Shown here: positions 11,900-25,210 of the stretch, piece by piece | How the letters are laid out: the number at the start of each line of letters is the position of its first letter | Position numbering within the stretch: position 1 is the first letter of the stretch | Assembly (NCBI GenBank): GCA_043228905.1 | Contig: JBHGNT010000016.1 | Coordinates: 9,734,001 to 9,798,000 of the forward strand | Source of the DNA: Azolla caroliniana | Lineage: Eukaryota > Plantae > Polypodiophyta | DNA length: 64,000 nucleotides | Direction of reading: 5' to 3' | Translations under genes and position numbers: made by a program | The notes under the pieces: generated by a model | Told to the model about the DNA's origin: nothing | Database searches by the model: none | The model's input: only the letters and a program-made list of their open reading frames with translations

Positions 11900-12721
11900 C
11901 GGAGACAGACGGGTACCCTTCTTATTTTGCGATTTCAATTCGTTTTTATTATTGATTGTGACGAGTGAAATAAAAATAGATTCCGTTAAATAATTCCTGC
12001 ATTCCCATGGATAGTTTAGGGTTAGGTTTTAAGATATACAGCTTAGGATTTAAGTTTTAAGATATACAGGAAAATTCTCTAAAGTTTCTTCGATCTTCAA
12101 GGGTTAGATTTTCGAGAAATATCTACATTCTTTGCACTTTCCTATGCTGGTTTAATGCTAGATTTCCTTGAAGTTCAAGGCATTTTCAGTATCTCCAGTT
12201 TCTCTCCATCTTTGATGTTTTAGGATTAGTTTTTGATGTGTTTTTCAAGACACCCAAGATTCCTTTCGGATATTTTAAAGTTTGATTTTCGAGATATTGG
12301 AGATTCTTAAATGCAGCTTTTTATTTTTAGGGCTAGGTTTTAATGTGTTTTCATCAATAAGGGTAACTTATGTTTTTGAAGCATTTTCCAAGATTCTGTG
12401 CATTTTTTTGGATTGTTTAGGTTCAGGAATCTATTGTGTTTCTACTGTTTAGTGTTTGGATTAATGTATTTTACAAGGTGTTTGAATATTCTAAGCACTT
12501 CCTTAGATTGTTTATGTCGAGGTTTTAATGCATTTTCAAGGTATCCAAGATTCTGTGCACTTTTTTTGATTGTTCAGGTTTAGGATTCTAATGTGTTTCT
12601 ATCGTTTAGAGTTTAAAATTTCATGTATGCTTAAAATATCCAGTATACGATACTTTCTTGGGTTTGTCAGGGTTAGGATTTAATGCTGTTTGCATCGTTA
12701 GGAAGGTTATAGATTTCGAAA

Positions 12722-13450
12722 ATGGGACGTTTGCATCTCATTTATGAGGAAAGGAGCCATGAAGTTGATGCATCTCCTTCTGGGATTGAATCAGAACAAG
12801 TTGAAGCTTCTTTTGAAGGATTTTTGTCATGTTATAAAGCTCATGATAAACTCAACTCAGAAGAAGAAGAAAAAGAATGCAGGAAAGGTTTAGGAACCAA
12901 TTCTATGTGTCAATCAGGAAAGTGCAACTCACATATTGAGTTTTATGATGTTAATTCACCATCTCTATATCTACATACTGATGGCCCTATCCTATCAGGG
13001 AATGAATTAAGAGCATTGCAACAAGCAGGGAATAATGATCATTGTAAGAAATTGGATTCTTCTGCAAGAAGAGAGGAAGTACAAGATAAAAAATGGGTTA
13101 AACACCATCCTTTATCACCTCTTGGTCCTAAACACCATCATATGCCAGCATTTGGTATTCTGAGTGCTCAAGATAGTATTTGTCCCATAAAGAACCTTTT
13201 TGAGGAGCTTTTAGTGGAGAAGCCTGTGACTGCCACTATTGTCCATGATGATAATGAGGCCAATGATGAATTTGAGGATCCGTTTCCTCATATATCTCCG
13301 AAACGACCCACTTGTGTAAGATCGGAAACAAAATCATGGTTCTTATCACGATGTAAATGTAGTCCCAGTGGAAGCATGAGAAGGCCACTTATTGGCTCAT
13401 TTGAAGAATCTCTCATTTCAGGGCATCTTCTTGGAGGAAAAGCTATCCAG
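12722..13450 (+). CDS. ATOS/FAM214-like exon 1
   Basis: ATG at 12722; donor CAG|GTATCT; ends with the DUF4210 motif GSFEESL. Confidence 0.85.
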
Positions 13451-14040
13451 GTATCTCTTATCTCCTAACTCTCTTCACTATGCCCAAAACATGTTATCCT
13501 ATATATTTTCACCTCTGGAAGTTAATGAACTTCCACTTTTGCTTGTAATATTATAGAAGAATGAAATATACTGTCCCTAAAGCCTACTCGTTTTATTTTC
13601 AATTTTTTGATGTCGTTTTGCAGAAAGTAGATGGTTTTTTAGCGTTATTAAGTGTGACTGGTGGATGTTGGTCACCACCATTACAAAAGCTTCCATTCTC
13701 TGTTATGTGTGTAGATGATGGAAGTCCTTTACTTTATTATGCATCAATTAAACTCACCGGAATATCTATCAAAAGAAAGAATGACGATCCTAGGAATGAT
13801 GGAACGGCTTGTGCATCTGGAAACAAAAGCCGTTATATGATTCCAGTCAGTGGCCGGGTTCAACTGGTACAATCATCTTTTCGTCAACTATTCAATATAC
13901 TATTTTAAATATCTGTAAGGAAAATTTTATTCTGAAAGTTATATTTCTTATCTTTTGCATAGGTTCTGAATAATCCAGAAATGACTCCTGTCCATATATT
14001 TTTGTGTAAATATGACTTGACAGACATGCCCCCAGGAACC

Positions 14041-14075
<35 letters not shown>

Positions 14076-17000
14076 ATTCATGTCAGATATCTATGTTATT
14101 TTCGGTACGTGAAATTATTCAATATGATAAGATTGTTTTCTATGAACGAATTACATGACAGACATTCCTGCGGTACAAAGTATTCTTATTGGCTCCTGAA
14201 AAAAGTAGTTCTGAAAAGAGATCTCTAAATAACAATTCAAACACATTCTCACAGAATTATTCCTTGAGTCACAAGAGTTATGAAAATGAGGTCTTGCCGG
14301 GCACGTTAAAGGCACACATAGTTGGTGCCAATGATCATTTGGAAGTTCGTGAGGGCATATCAGCAAGCGCACAAGAGCCGGAAGAGGAATTAGGACATGA
14401 TGGTAATTTTATTGGAAAATATGACAGTAAACATATATCAAAATCTATATCATCACGAAATTTACACACCCAAAATGCATTTCAATGGGGTAGCAGAACT
14501 TTGCGCTATGCACTGCATTTGCATTTTGTCTGCCCTCCGATCAACACAGTACAGAAGAGAAAGAAGTCAAGTTTTCCTCTTTCTAGCCGACCTCAATTGA
14601 CATTTCGTGGTAATAAAGTTCAAACCAGAGATAAAAGGCGTTTCTACTTATACAGTGACTTGCGTATTATCTTTCCTCAAAGACATGCAGATTCTGATGA
14701 GGGAAAGGTTGGTAACCACTTCATTGTTCTCCTCTGGATTTTTACCATTTTGTCAATTGTGTAATATTTTGCTTCAAAGATGTGCTTGTTTTAGTAATTG
14801 AATCTAACATCAATCTCTGTAGGTTATTTTCATCATTTTCTAGAGCTGTTATTTTAATGCACATATACGTAAAAGGTTATTTCGTTAGCTGTAAGTAAAT
14901 CTTTCATATTTCACATGCTTGCGGAGAACTAGATGCCGTAGGGAATCAAGTGTATTGTTTGTTGATGAGACAATATATGGAGGTCATTGTGGAGGATTTG
15001 GTTAAGCTATAGGCAATTTCAAGTTGCAACTTACTGACTTTTATAGAAGTCTAGGGTATTCCTGTAGAAAATGCAGGGATCTTAGACTAACTCTCACACA
15101 ACAAGATCACTTAGAAGACTTAAGGAAATATCAATAGATTAAGGAAAACGAGCACTGATTACAAAGATGTAGAATGGTTTATATATCCAGTTTCTACAGG
15201 TAGGTGGAAACCCAACAATCACTTTATTAGGTTCACACTATTATAACTATATTCACACCTAACAACTACTTAAATGGGTTCATACTATTCTAAGTATGTT
15301 CACACCCAAAAATTACTTAACTAGGTTCACACTATTATAACAATGTTCACACCAAAGCTTTCATAGGATACACATTAAGTGTAACAAACCCCCCTGAAGT
15401 GAATGGTGTGGACTTGAATGTGGTCACTATCCAGGTGTTAGAAGAATGCCCAATTCCTTGCGAAAATATTCAAATGTTTCTCTTGATAGAGCCTTGGTGA
15501 AAATGTCTGCAACATTTTCATGAGTTGGTACATAGACCAAGTTTATCTCTTTAGCATGGAACTGCTCCCTCACGTAATGATAGTGCACCTCAATGTGTTT
15601 TGTTCGTGCATGGAAGATGGGATTTCTTTCAATAGCCAAAGCACTTTGACTATCTGTAAATATACAAGTAGGAGATGATTGCTCAAAGACAAATTGGATA
15701 ATAATCTCCTGAGCCAAACACACCCTACTGTGGCGCTGAATGCTGCTCTATATTCAGCTTCACAACTTGATGTTGCCACTGTTGGCTGCTTCTTGCTGAG
15801 CCAGGAAACACAGGAATTGCCGATCATGAGACAATTGCCACTATGTGAGACACGAGTGACTTAGCAGCCAGCCCAATCACTATCAATGAAGGCCGTTAAA
15901 GTAGATGAATTTCCTTCTCCATAGAAGAGGCTGAAATCCATAGTGCCTTTGAGGTAACGGAAAACTCGTTAGACTGTTTGCCAATGCTTTGTTCCAGGGC
16001 TGTGCATAAACTTGCTTAATTGCGAAACAACATATTGAATGTTAGGTTGCATGTTGCACACAAATATCAAACAACCTACAGCTTGCTGGTATAAGAGTAC
16101 ATCAGTTGGATCTCCTTTGTATTGGTATGAGAATTTGAATCCTGCTTCTACAGGAGAGGAGATTGGTTTGCAGTCTTCAAACCTGAATCCTTGTAGGATC
16201 TTCTCGATGTACTTTCGTTGACTGAGAAAACTGCCCCCCTCAACAGTAACAAATTGAATGCTGAGGTAGTAATGGAGATGACCAAGATCTGTAAGTTCAA
16301 ATGTCTTACTAAGATCAGCTTTGAAATCTGCAATTTCTTGCTCATCACGTCCTGTGATTAGCAAATCATCAACATAAAGCACAACAATTAGTAATTTTTC
16401 TCCATCCTTTTGGTCATAGAAAGTGCTTTCAGTTGGGCTGTTTACAAAACTGAGTTGAAGAAGATGCGCATGGATCTTCGCATTCCACGCTCGAGGTGCT
16501 TGCTTCAAGCCGTACAAAGCTTTAAGTAACCTGCAAACTTTAGTTTCTGCACCTTTAATTACAAAACCTGGAGGTTGAGCTACATAAACCTCTTTTTCTA
16601 AATCTCAATTTAAGAAGGCAGTTTTAATGTCTAATTGGTGAACCTTCCATCCCTTAATTGCTGCTGTAGCAATTATAGCTCTGATTGTAGTCATCTTTGA
16701 TGTGGGGGCGAAGGTTTCTTCATAGTGTATCCCCTCTTTTTGGGAACAGCCTTTTGCCACTAGTCTTGCTTTAAAATGATCAATGCTTCCATCCGCATTA
16801 CGCTTGACTTTGTAAATCCACTTGGTGGCAATTGCTTTCCTACCTTTAGGTAGATCACATAACTCCTGACTGTTGTTCTTGTGGATGAACCTAAGTTCTG
16901 ATTTCATGGCTTCAACCCAATGGTCATGTGCTAATGCATCCTTAAGAGAGAGTGGTTCCTCATCACAAATTTCAGTGATAAGAGCATGATGCACATAATG

Positions 17001-18857
17001 CAGTTCAGCTTGCTGATTAGTTGACCGGGTTTTACCTTGAAGAGGAAACTTGAGTTTGCTGTCCATATGGATGTTAATCAGCCATTTAGGAACTGTTCTT
17101 GCATGCTGAGAAGAGGCTTGTTCTTACTCCAATTCCATGTCAAGATCATGTGGGTTAATGACTTGTAAGCCAACATTATTATCAACAATGTTTGGTTGCT
17201 CATTTTCAACCACATTGGGCTGTTACAAGGGATCAATTTGAGCATTTCTTGGCTGCTTTACATCTCTGTTTGGAGCATGTTGTTGCTGATGCTAAACCTG
17301 CTCATTACCTCCATGAGGTTGGGTTAGTCGATCACCTTCAAACACAACATTTTGGAGCAATGGTAACAAAGTATCAAATGCATCTGGTTGATAAAGAACT
17401 GGCTCTTTGGAGCAATCCACAAGTGGTTGAGTTGCATTTTCAGCAAATATCACATCCCGATTGATGATGATCTTACCCATAGCGGGCTGAAACAACCGAT
17501 AATCTTTGCTTTCTTTGCTGTAGCCAACAAAGATGCATTTTGTTGCTTTGTCTTGAAGCTTATGGTGCTGTTGTGGTGGCAAAAATGCATAAGCCAAGCT
17601 TCCAAATATTCTCATGTGTCCAACATTTGGCTTGTGACCACGCCAAGCCTCATATGGAGTGATAGTTGTTATTGCTTTCGTGGGGCATCTATTCAAAACA
17701 TAATTTGCACACATTACAGCTTCCAGCCAAAACTTATGAGGTAGCTTCTTACCGTTGAGTATGCATCTTGCCATCTCCATGAGAGATCTATTTCATTGGT
17801 AGAAAGGCGCTATCAAACTAAGCCACATGGAGGAGCTTATTGATTTCCTCTTTCATGATTGTTATTCGGGCAAGTCCGGTAACACTATCGGGGCATTGGA
17901 GCTCCTTCAAGTGGTTTTTATTTTGCCGAAATTACAGATCGAGCCCCAACATGTCTTTGTGTGACTATTGACACCGAGGGAGTCTGGCATAAGGTGGCTA
18001 TTCATTTAAAAGATTTCGTACTAGTGATTCCCTGCATTAACACAGTTCACAAACCTAATTGCCCGAGGTGGTGAATCCTTCCACTGCACATGAAGCCGGT
18101 GATAAAGATGATTACTCCATAACTGAGGTCAATCTCTTGAACGCTACTACTGGACCACCTATTCGAGACGAAATCAAGGCTATGATATGTCTGAAGTTGT
18201 GCTTGATGGTGTATGCCCCTGTCATTCGATCCTTTGGCCTCATGAAGGAACTAACGATTCATTGGGGCTGATATCCTCCCATCATTTTTGGTGTCATTCT
18301 CAACCTACAGAAAGACAATGCTTATCTGATGTTTATTTGGTGACCCATATGAAGCACAATTTGCAGTGGAATCAGAAACAAATACCGTAGGATCAAGACA
18401 GAGGTCAAGCTATCTACATCTGTGAGGATTGTTCCAGACCCAACCGTGACTCCTCTAACATGGACATTATATGTTAGGTCTTGATGATGAGGACATTGAC
18501 TTGTATCTACCTCTGTGTCCATCAGAAATGGAGATCATGGCGAATGGTGGGGTGTAAGAATGTAATAATTGTAAGAAACCACTCAGAAAGCTTCTCTCTG
18601 CCTTATGTTTCTTGGGTCAAAGGGCTCACCGATTTCCATAAACATTTGAGAAAATAAACACAATCATTATACTGTTGTGATTCTCTAGCAGTAAATTACT
18701 TCTGTTGCGAACATTTGTGTCAGAAAATTAGGTTAATTTCATGTGCAATGCATTCATTTACTTTCATCTTTTTGTTTGGTTGCAGTTACAAGTTGAATAT
18801 GACTTTCCTGCAGATCCCAAATACTTCAACTACAACAAACCAGCATGCTCACCCTAG
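12722..18857 (+). CDS. ATOS/FAM214-like protein (DUF4210 + Chromosome_seg domains), 5 coding exons, about 556 aa: join(12722-13450,13624-13866,13963-14043,14162-14707,18786-18857)
   Basis: Motifs [84 protein letters not shown] and [14 protein letters not shown]. All introns are GT-AG phase 0 and the join is an open frame. Confidence 0.9.
13624..13866 (+). CDS. ATOS/FAM214-like exon 2
   Basis: Acceptor TTTTGCAG|, donor CTG|GTAC; [17 protein letters not shown]...GRVQL. Confidence 0.9.
13963..14043 (+). CDS. ATOS/FAM214-like exon 3
   Basis: CATAG|GTTCTG...AAG|GTAT; [27 protein letters not shown]. Confidence 0.9.
14162..14707 (+). CDS. ATOS/FAM214-like exon 4
   Basis: ACAG|ACATTC...AAG|GTTG; TFLRYKV...LRYALHL...[12 protein letters not shown]. 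Confidence 0.88.
15063..17795 (-). mobile_element. 5'-truncated Ty1/Copia element (IN-RT-RNase H-3' LTR) inside ATOS intron 4
   Basis: IN (FWLEAV..ANYVLNR), RT ([25 protein letters not shown]), RNase H ([17 protein letters not shown]); PPT CAGGGGGTT at ~15387-15395; LTR ~15063-15386. Confidence 0.9.
18786..18857 (+). CDS. ATOS/FAM214-like exon 5 (terminal)
   Basis: TTGCAG|TTACAA; [23 protein letters not shown]. Confidence 0.88.
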   Translation, partial: LQVEYDFPADPKYFNYNKPACSP

Positions 18858-19479
18858 ATATGTTTATTCCTTTTTATGTTCATAGTTGTAAATCATTTGT
18901 CTTTGACAATACATGTATCTCAATATTGGGCCAAAATGTTTATATTTTTATATTAATCGAAGGTTGTGGGAAATAAGTATTCAATCCATCTTCCTGCAAG
19001 TGCACAATTCGTAAAAAGGATGCCATATTCAAATGTGGTGTTCATGCAATAATTGATGTTGGCTTACAATTTCAATTCATTCCTACAGTACTTTCGATTC
19101 ATTCTGAAATGATAGCTTTGTTGATCCTGCACTTCTCAAGGTGGAGATGTGGAATGTTGGAATTCAAAGCTTTTATGTTATTTTCTTTTCTTTTCTGTCA
19201 ATCCTTATGAGTTCTTTTCTTCATTCTGTTCTTCATCACTTTTCAAGGATTCTCCTGATCTTTGTTGTGGAAGGTATTGAATATGTAGATCTACGAAGGA
19301 TTATATACAGATCACTTTGTTGACATTGATGTCTTCATAGCCATTGTATCTACTTTCAGCCACTGCTCTTTAATCATAATACTATTCCATCTCTCTTAAT
19401 TTCATTTTACTACAAGCAGTCTTTATTTCTTATGCGATGTTTTATTGTAATTTTGAATAATGCAAAACATTTGGTGAGT

Positions 19480-21440
19480 TTTCAAATTGTAGAAAATGAT
19501 GTAAACCTAATAAGGGGATTGACCATATCTTTCAAGAAATAAGATTTTGTTCCTTTTCTACTTGCATGTTTAGTGAGGAAATTCTTCAAATGTGAAACCT
19601 AATGGAAGGCAAGCAAATGGTGCTCATAATCAAGTGAGGATCCTCATGCTATGCATTAAGCAAATGCTTTTATACTAAATAGATTGAAGGGCATTACCAG
19701 TTAACAAAATAGTTGTAGATTGGGAAGCCTGCATTGGGTGTTGATCCTAAATAGTAGATCCCCTTATTTCAAATCCTTAAAGTTAAATGTGTGATGGAGA
19801 TCCCTTAGTTCAAGTTTGAAACCAATGATGTGGGAATTGGAATGTTAGATGGCTTCCCAAATGGAACATCCTTTGTATTATAATGATCACGTGTGCTACC
19901 AATTTAAATATAGAGCATTACTAATGGACTTGTTGAATAACATTCTTTGTAAAGAGAAAAGTTTTCCTATTGGAGGGAATACTCTATAAGAAGTAGAATA
20001 AACTTGTGATACATGAAAATAAATTTCTCCATCGAATGGGACATTGACAAAGGTGAAAATGGGATATTTTGTTGAGGCTAGTTGGTGAAAGAAAACCTGG
20101 TCCTAAGCTAGGTCTCAAGGCATAAATCTATTATATGGCTATTATATTGTGGAAGGTTTTTTGAGATTGGAAACTTCGAAGATCATCAAGGTTTCTAAGG
20201 TTAGAAGGCCATCAAGTCTTGTAAGATCAAAAGGCTACCAATCCACAATTTAAAATAAAGTTTGGATTCCATGCAAAATGCTGAAATGAATCCATATATA
20301 ATATAAAAAGGGTCTTCAATAACTTGATCTTCGGTAGGTCAATACTGAACTCGGGGAAAATATCCATTCTCATTCACATCCTTGTCTAATTTTCATGTTG
20401 CATTCTTTGCATTTATCACTCTCATCTCTACTTCTTGTCCCACTCTCGTGGTCTTCTCGATTGATGTCTAGGTCTCTTGCTTGCCCCATTACATGTGGCA
20501 ACTACTAGGAGTTGACCTACTCACACCCATGTTAGATCCTAAAGACCAAGTTGATCTCAGCCATTTAACTATCATTCTGCACCATGTCCAACAAGTTAAA
20601 TACAACCCCCAATGACTCCTTGATGAATCTCTCGTTCTATTTTAGATCTTACTAATGATGAGCAAAATAATAATAGAAATGGGAACTTAACCACAATGAT
20701 CACCCATGAAACAAACTTAAAATACCAGTTGTGTCCTATACCATTGCATATTACCTTATCTTAATACTTTGGATGTTGAATAACTGATTCAAATAAGAGA
20801 ACTTAGCCTCACCAATACAATCTCAAAAATGTCTCAAGATGCCATAATGAAGGGGGTAGCTAGTCCCCTTTATATTCAACACCTAAGGTTCCCATGTCTC
20901 GTGTTCCCCACATGTCATAGGTCTATATGGGTTTGCTCCAAATCCTAGGATAATCGGTTTCCCGACTATCATACAGTTAAACCATTACAATTAGCTATAG
21001 AATTGGTTCATAACATTATGCTTATAACATTCTCCATTCTAAAACATTACACTCTTGCAATGAGAAATCAAAATCTAAGACTTAGATTTGACCACATGCT
21101 CTTTCTCTCAAGTTGCATCATGTATAGTTTGATCCAACCATTTAATCTTGGATTATTAGATTTGTTTAGACTTCGAGTGTTTAGATTGAGAATCAAGTTT
21201 TTTATAGAAAAAAGGAGGTTCAAAAGATAAACCTTCATGAGTTATCAAATCTTTTATGGTTACTATGTTATCGCCAGAACTTGTAATTCCTTTGATGCAA
21301 CTTATATGGAAAACAAGATGAAAATTGACACCATCAGGAAGATCAAAATTGTAGGTTGATGAGCCAATATGTTTTAGGACTATGTAATTTAACACACTTG
21401 CCTGTAGATAAAGTTTTGGAATTAGGAGGTACATGCAAAC
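19480..21440 (-). mobile_element. Highly decayed chromovirus-type Gypsy remnant: IN C-terminus/chromodomain, PPT, LTR (~20730-21029), PBS-like TGGTAT, probable decayed internal sequence
   Basis: ORF 21156-21434 (YNFDLP..HLVFHIS..SGDNIVT) is homologous to 36400-36600; PPT AGAATGGAGAA then TGTTATA; the LTR ends CA-AC-TGGTAT. The left boundary is uncertain. Confidence 0.55.
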
Positions 21441-21569
21441 AACTTTTTTTCTAAAGTTAAGAACACGAGGATGCCTATTATGATCAGCATTAAACCCGTT
21501 GGGCTAAAAGTCCCACTCTACCCATTGTATCTTCTTAGTGTGAACACTCCACTAGGAGTTAGGGCTTAG

Positions 21570-22010
21570 TTACCCCAACTGTAAATAAGTGGGAACTAAG
21601 GCTTGTAAAGAAGTTAAGTGGGATTTGAATAGCAACAATTTCTTCTTCGTCCATAATTGTCTCTCACCTTCTTTAGTGATTGAACAATGCACCATACCTT
21701 TACTTGATACATGCTTGCCAAGTTCCATTCCCCACCTGATTCTAGCCGACTCAAATAATCGGCCACTGTGTGCTGTGGTCTCTATCGGTGGTAGATGTCG
21801 AATTCGAATTCCTATAACAACAATGTCCACCTAGTCAGTTTGCCAGTTAAGGATGCGTTTGATACTAAGTACAGTAATGCCAAATGGTCAATGTGAAATG
21901 ACAATTTCAAGCCTAACAAGTAATGTCGGTACTTGTTCACGCTATACACCATTCCTAATGCCTCCCGTTCCATTGTCGAGTAATTCCGCTTTGCCTTGAA
22001 TTTCAGTCGA
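21570..22010 (-). pseudogene. Gypsy (Athila/Tat-like) RNase H fragment
   Basis: RNYSTMEREALGMVYSVNKYRHYLLG..HIDH.AL.YL...LTRW. Confidence 0.8.
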
Positions 22011-22294
22011 TCCTTTAGCCGATTTGGCTTCATGTTGAGCTTGTCTCTCAGCACGTCATAAGTCATAGCTATTCACATCTCAAATCTACTACATCTCTTC
22101 GTATGTAATATTCTTTCGGCCACATTAATATTTGGTACCAAAAATATGTCGGCTTCACACAGTTATCCAGTTGTTTGAATGAGCTTCTGGCTCCCTTTCA
22201 CACTTTAGTCGGCTCCTAGCTGTTTCCACTTTTAACTCCTTGTTAGCTTTCTACTCCTAAGGGTAACATTATTCGGCTAGTAAAGCAGGAAACA

Positions 22295-22830
22295 TGGCTG
22301 AGCCCAATTGTCATAGTTCCATAGAAAAACGGGAAGATCTGTGTATGTGTAGATTACCGAAAGTTGAATGCGGCAATGGTAACAGATGCATTGCCACTAC
22401 CTTTCACTGATGACACACTTGCAACTATGTTTAGAAAAGTGTCGAACGATCCACCTATGTCTTAATCCGGCAAAATGCGCATTCAGGGTAACTAGTGGTG
22501 CATTACTTGGCCACATCTTCAGCCACGAGGGTATTGCGGTTGATCCGGACAAGGTAAGAGCCATTTTGGAGGCACCAACTCCGCACTCAACCAATTTCTC
22601 AGCCAAATAAGGTGGCACAGTCGGATGCTGAGGTATTTAGCCGACTTCGCCACACTATTGCATGCAATCATCCATCGGACGCCATTTCAGTGGACGGAAG
22701 CCGAAGAAAAGGCATGCCAAGATTTAAAGATAATGTTGTCACAGGCCCCAAATGGATTGGACGAAATATTTTCATGTATTCTTGGACGCATCGGATGTGG
22801 CAATCGACAACACAATAATGTAGTTGTCTA
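22295..22830 (+). pseudogene. Gypsy RT / RNase H-linker fragments (internally deleted)
   Basis: PIVIVP*KNGKICVCVDYRKLN; LNPAKCAF..LLGHI..EGIAVDPDKV. Confidence 0.8.
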
Positions 22831-22959
22831 AGCTGAATTGGTATCAAATATTATTGGGAACAAGCGGCAAGTAGAGTAATGTATTGCTTCACGTCTAGTG
22901 TCGAGGATCACCTACTTAGATACATCCAGGACACTAAGACGCCAAAGGATGCTTCAAAC

Positions 22960-24785
22960 AACCGGATAACTAGCAAGTTTATCCGGTTATTTCATCGACA
23001 AGTTCCTAAAAGGGAACTCATGAGCCAATTTTATGTGGCTTATCAAGAAGCCAATGAAACAATTTCACAATTCATTATTCGGTTTGAGAACCTTAGGATG
23101 CAATTACCATGACCTCTCCCAGAAGAAGATGTGAAAGATACCTTCATGTCGGCACTACGAGAGCCGCTTTGAATGACATTAGCTGTGTTCGATTTTAAAG
23201 TTCAATCATTAGAGTAGGTGATTGACAAAACACTCATCATGGATAAAACACATACCAATAATAATATGTCGATGACATCATTACAAAGGTCTTTACCAAC
23301 GTATGAAGAATTGAGGTTCTGGTAGGCAATTCAATGTACAACATGTTTGAATCCAGGGCATTCTACAATCGAATGCACATTACACACACATATTCCGATC
23401 TACCATTCAAAAGCACATACGATCAACCAGTGCGAATATAGTTTGCTGAAAAAAGTCAAGGCTTCAGTGAGATAGATATAGCCTCATGGTGACCGACAAG
23501 ATGAGCGGAATCAGTAGATGCACAGGTTTCAGGATGATGATTGGTCAACATGATCGTTATCGGTTGGATCGGAATCAACGGATGATTATTGACGAGATGA
23601 TCGCTACAATGATTACCAATGGGAAGATGACCGTCAAGATGATTATAGGAGGGATATTCGTAACAATTATGAACGTGACTATTCACCAAAGCATGACAGA
23701 AATGATCAATGCCCTTACAAAGGACATCAATATCATGATGATCCGAAATCCTATGATCAAAGGAGAAATGATGAAAATCAACAACCTAATCGCCGATTCC
23801 ATGACGACAGACGGGACGATACTACAAGACCCAAGGCATCTCGACAATTCCAATATAATTCTAAACCATGAGATGAGTTGGAACCGCAGGATGTTCAGCA
23901 ATCACATTATGAGAACGGAGAATCTAGTGGGCTGACAATACCGAATTGCTACATTTGCAAGAAAGATGGACACTATGCAAATTAGTGTCCGACGAAAGAC
24001 AAAGGAAAGGCGCCAACAGTAAACATGGTTACTACAAAAGTACAACAAGTCACCGTTCGAAGCAAAGCCAAACGATTTGAGTGGGAAATACAGGAAGCAG
24101 TTCAGAAGGTGGCTAAGGAGTGGGTAGACGAAGCCAACAACAACAATGTCACTAGGATGTTGCGGGAGAGTAATGAACATGATATCACAATCGACAAGTC
24201 GGACAATCGACAAGAGGAAGTAACGCCCAAATCACTTGAAGATGATGAAGCATGGCAAGTGTAAGCAAATTGCCAAATATCATTGCCACTAATGGGGTTA
24301 CTGAAATTAGTTCCTCGATTTATAGAAAAGGTCACCCACATTATGGCGAGAAATGAGTTGGAAAACGTATCGGTTAACTTTACCAACCCAATTAAGGGAC
24401 CAACAATAATGGACGAGCAAAGCCCGACAATTACGGTAATCATTCAAGGCCAAGAAGTTTCAGGTAGTATAGTGGATGGTGGTTCAAGAGTGAATGTGAT
24501 TAATAAGACCACCTGTGATCGACTAGGCATCACCAAACTGGAGGCATGTCCATTCTGGTTACGAATGGAAGATACAAGTACGGTCTAACCAATAGGGCTC
24601 ATTCGACAACTGAATATTGTCATTGGCGGGCATACATTCCAAATATCGGTGGTCGTATTACATTTAGATGCACCATGCGCTTACTCTCTATTGTTGGGCC
24701 AACCATGACTTCAAACTGCCAATATCAAACAGAATTGGAAGAAGAATCTTCTGACATTCTGAAAGAGCAAAACCAAGATCAGACT
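22960..24785 (+). pseudogene. Gypsy (non-chromovirus) gag plus protease remnant
   Basis: Q..NETISQFIIRF; D/Y/R/Q-rich linker; CYICKKDGHYAN*CP knuckle; IVDGGSRVNVI protease. Confidence 0.75.
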
Positions 24786-25210
24786 CTATACACTATTGAG
24801 ATTACAATCACTAGTTAATTAGCTGCAATAACTAATGGCCTGAGCTTCTATTTATATCAGGATGTAGCTGATTAGCTACATTCAGTCGTAGTCAAGGATA
24901 ATTATATAAATAACTACATCAGGTATCGGGCATAACAAATTAGCGACCTACGGTATTGGCCATAATTAATCAGCTACATAAGGTAGGGGCATAACTAGTC
25001 AACAACATCAGGTCTAGATAGCTATGTCTCCTACTTAAGTACATAATCAGATGGCAATAACTAGCTAGTGCCAATAGCTAATTAACTATACATCAGAATA
25101 TGATCATAGCCTATAGCTATTGGCAATAGCTAACTAGCAGCTGACAATAGCTAACTATGATCAATTAATTAGCTACAACTATAGCTAAATATGATCATAG
25201 CCAACTAACA
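24786..25210 (-). repeat. LTR fragment rich in TAGCTA repeats
   Basis: Minus strand starts TGTTAGTTGG at 25210; TATAAATAG at ~24848-24856; many AGCTA/ATGATCA repeats. Confidence 0.5.

Noticed and set aside
23486-23935. 149-aa Met/Ile-rich ORF as a novel protein
   Set aside because: It is an off-frame reading of the GAT/GAC-rich low-complexity gag linker.
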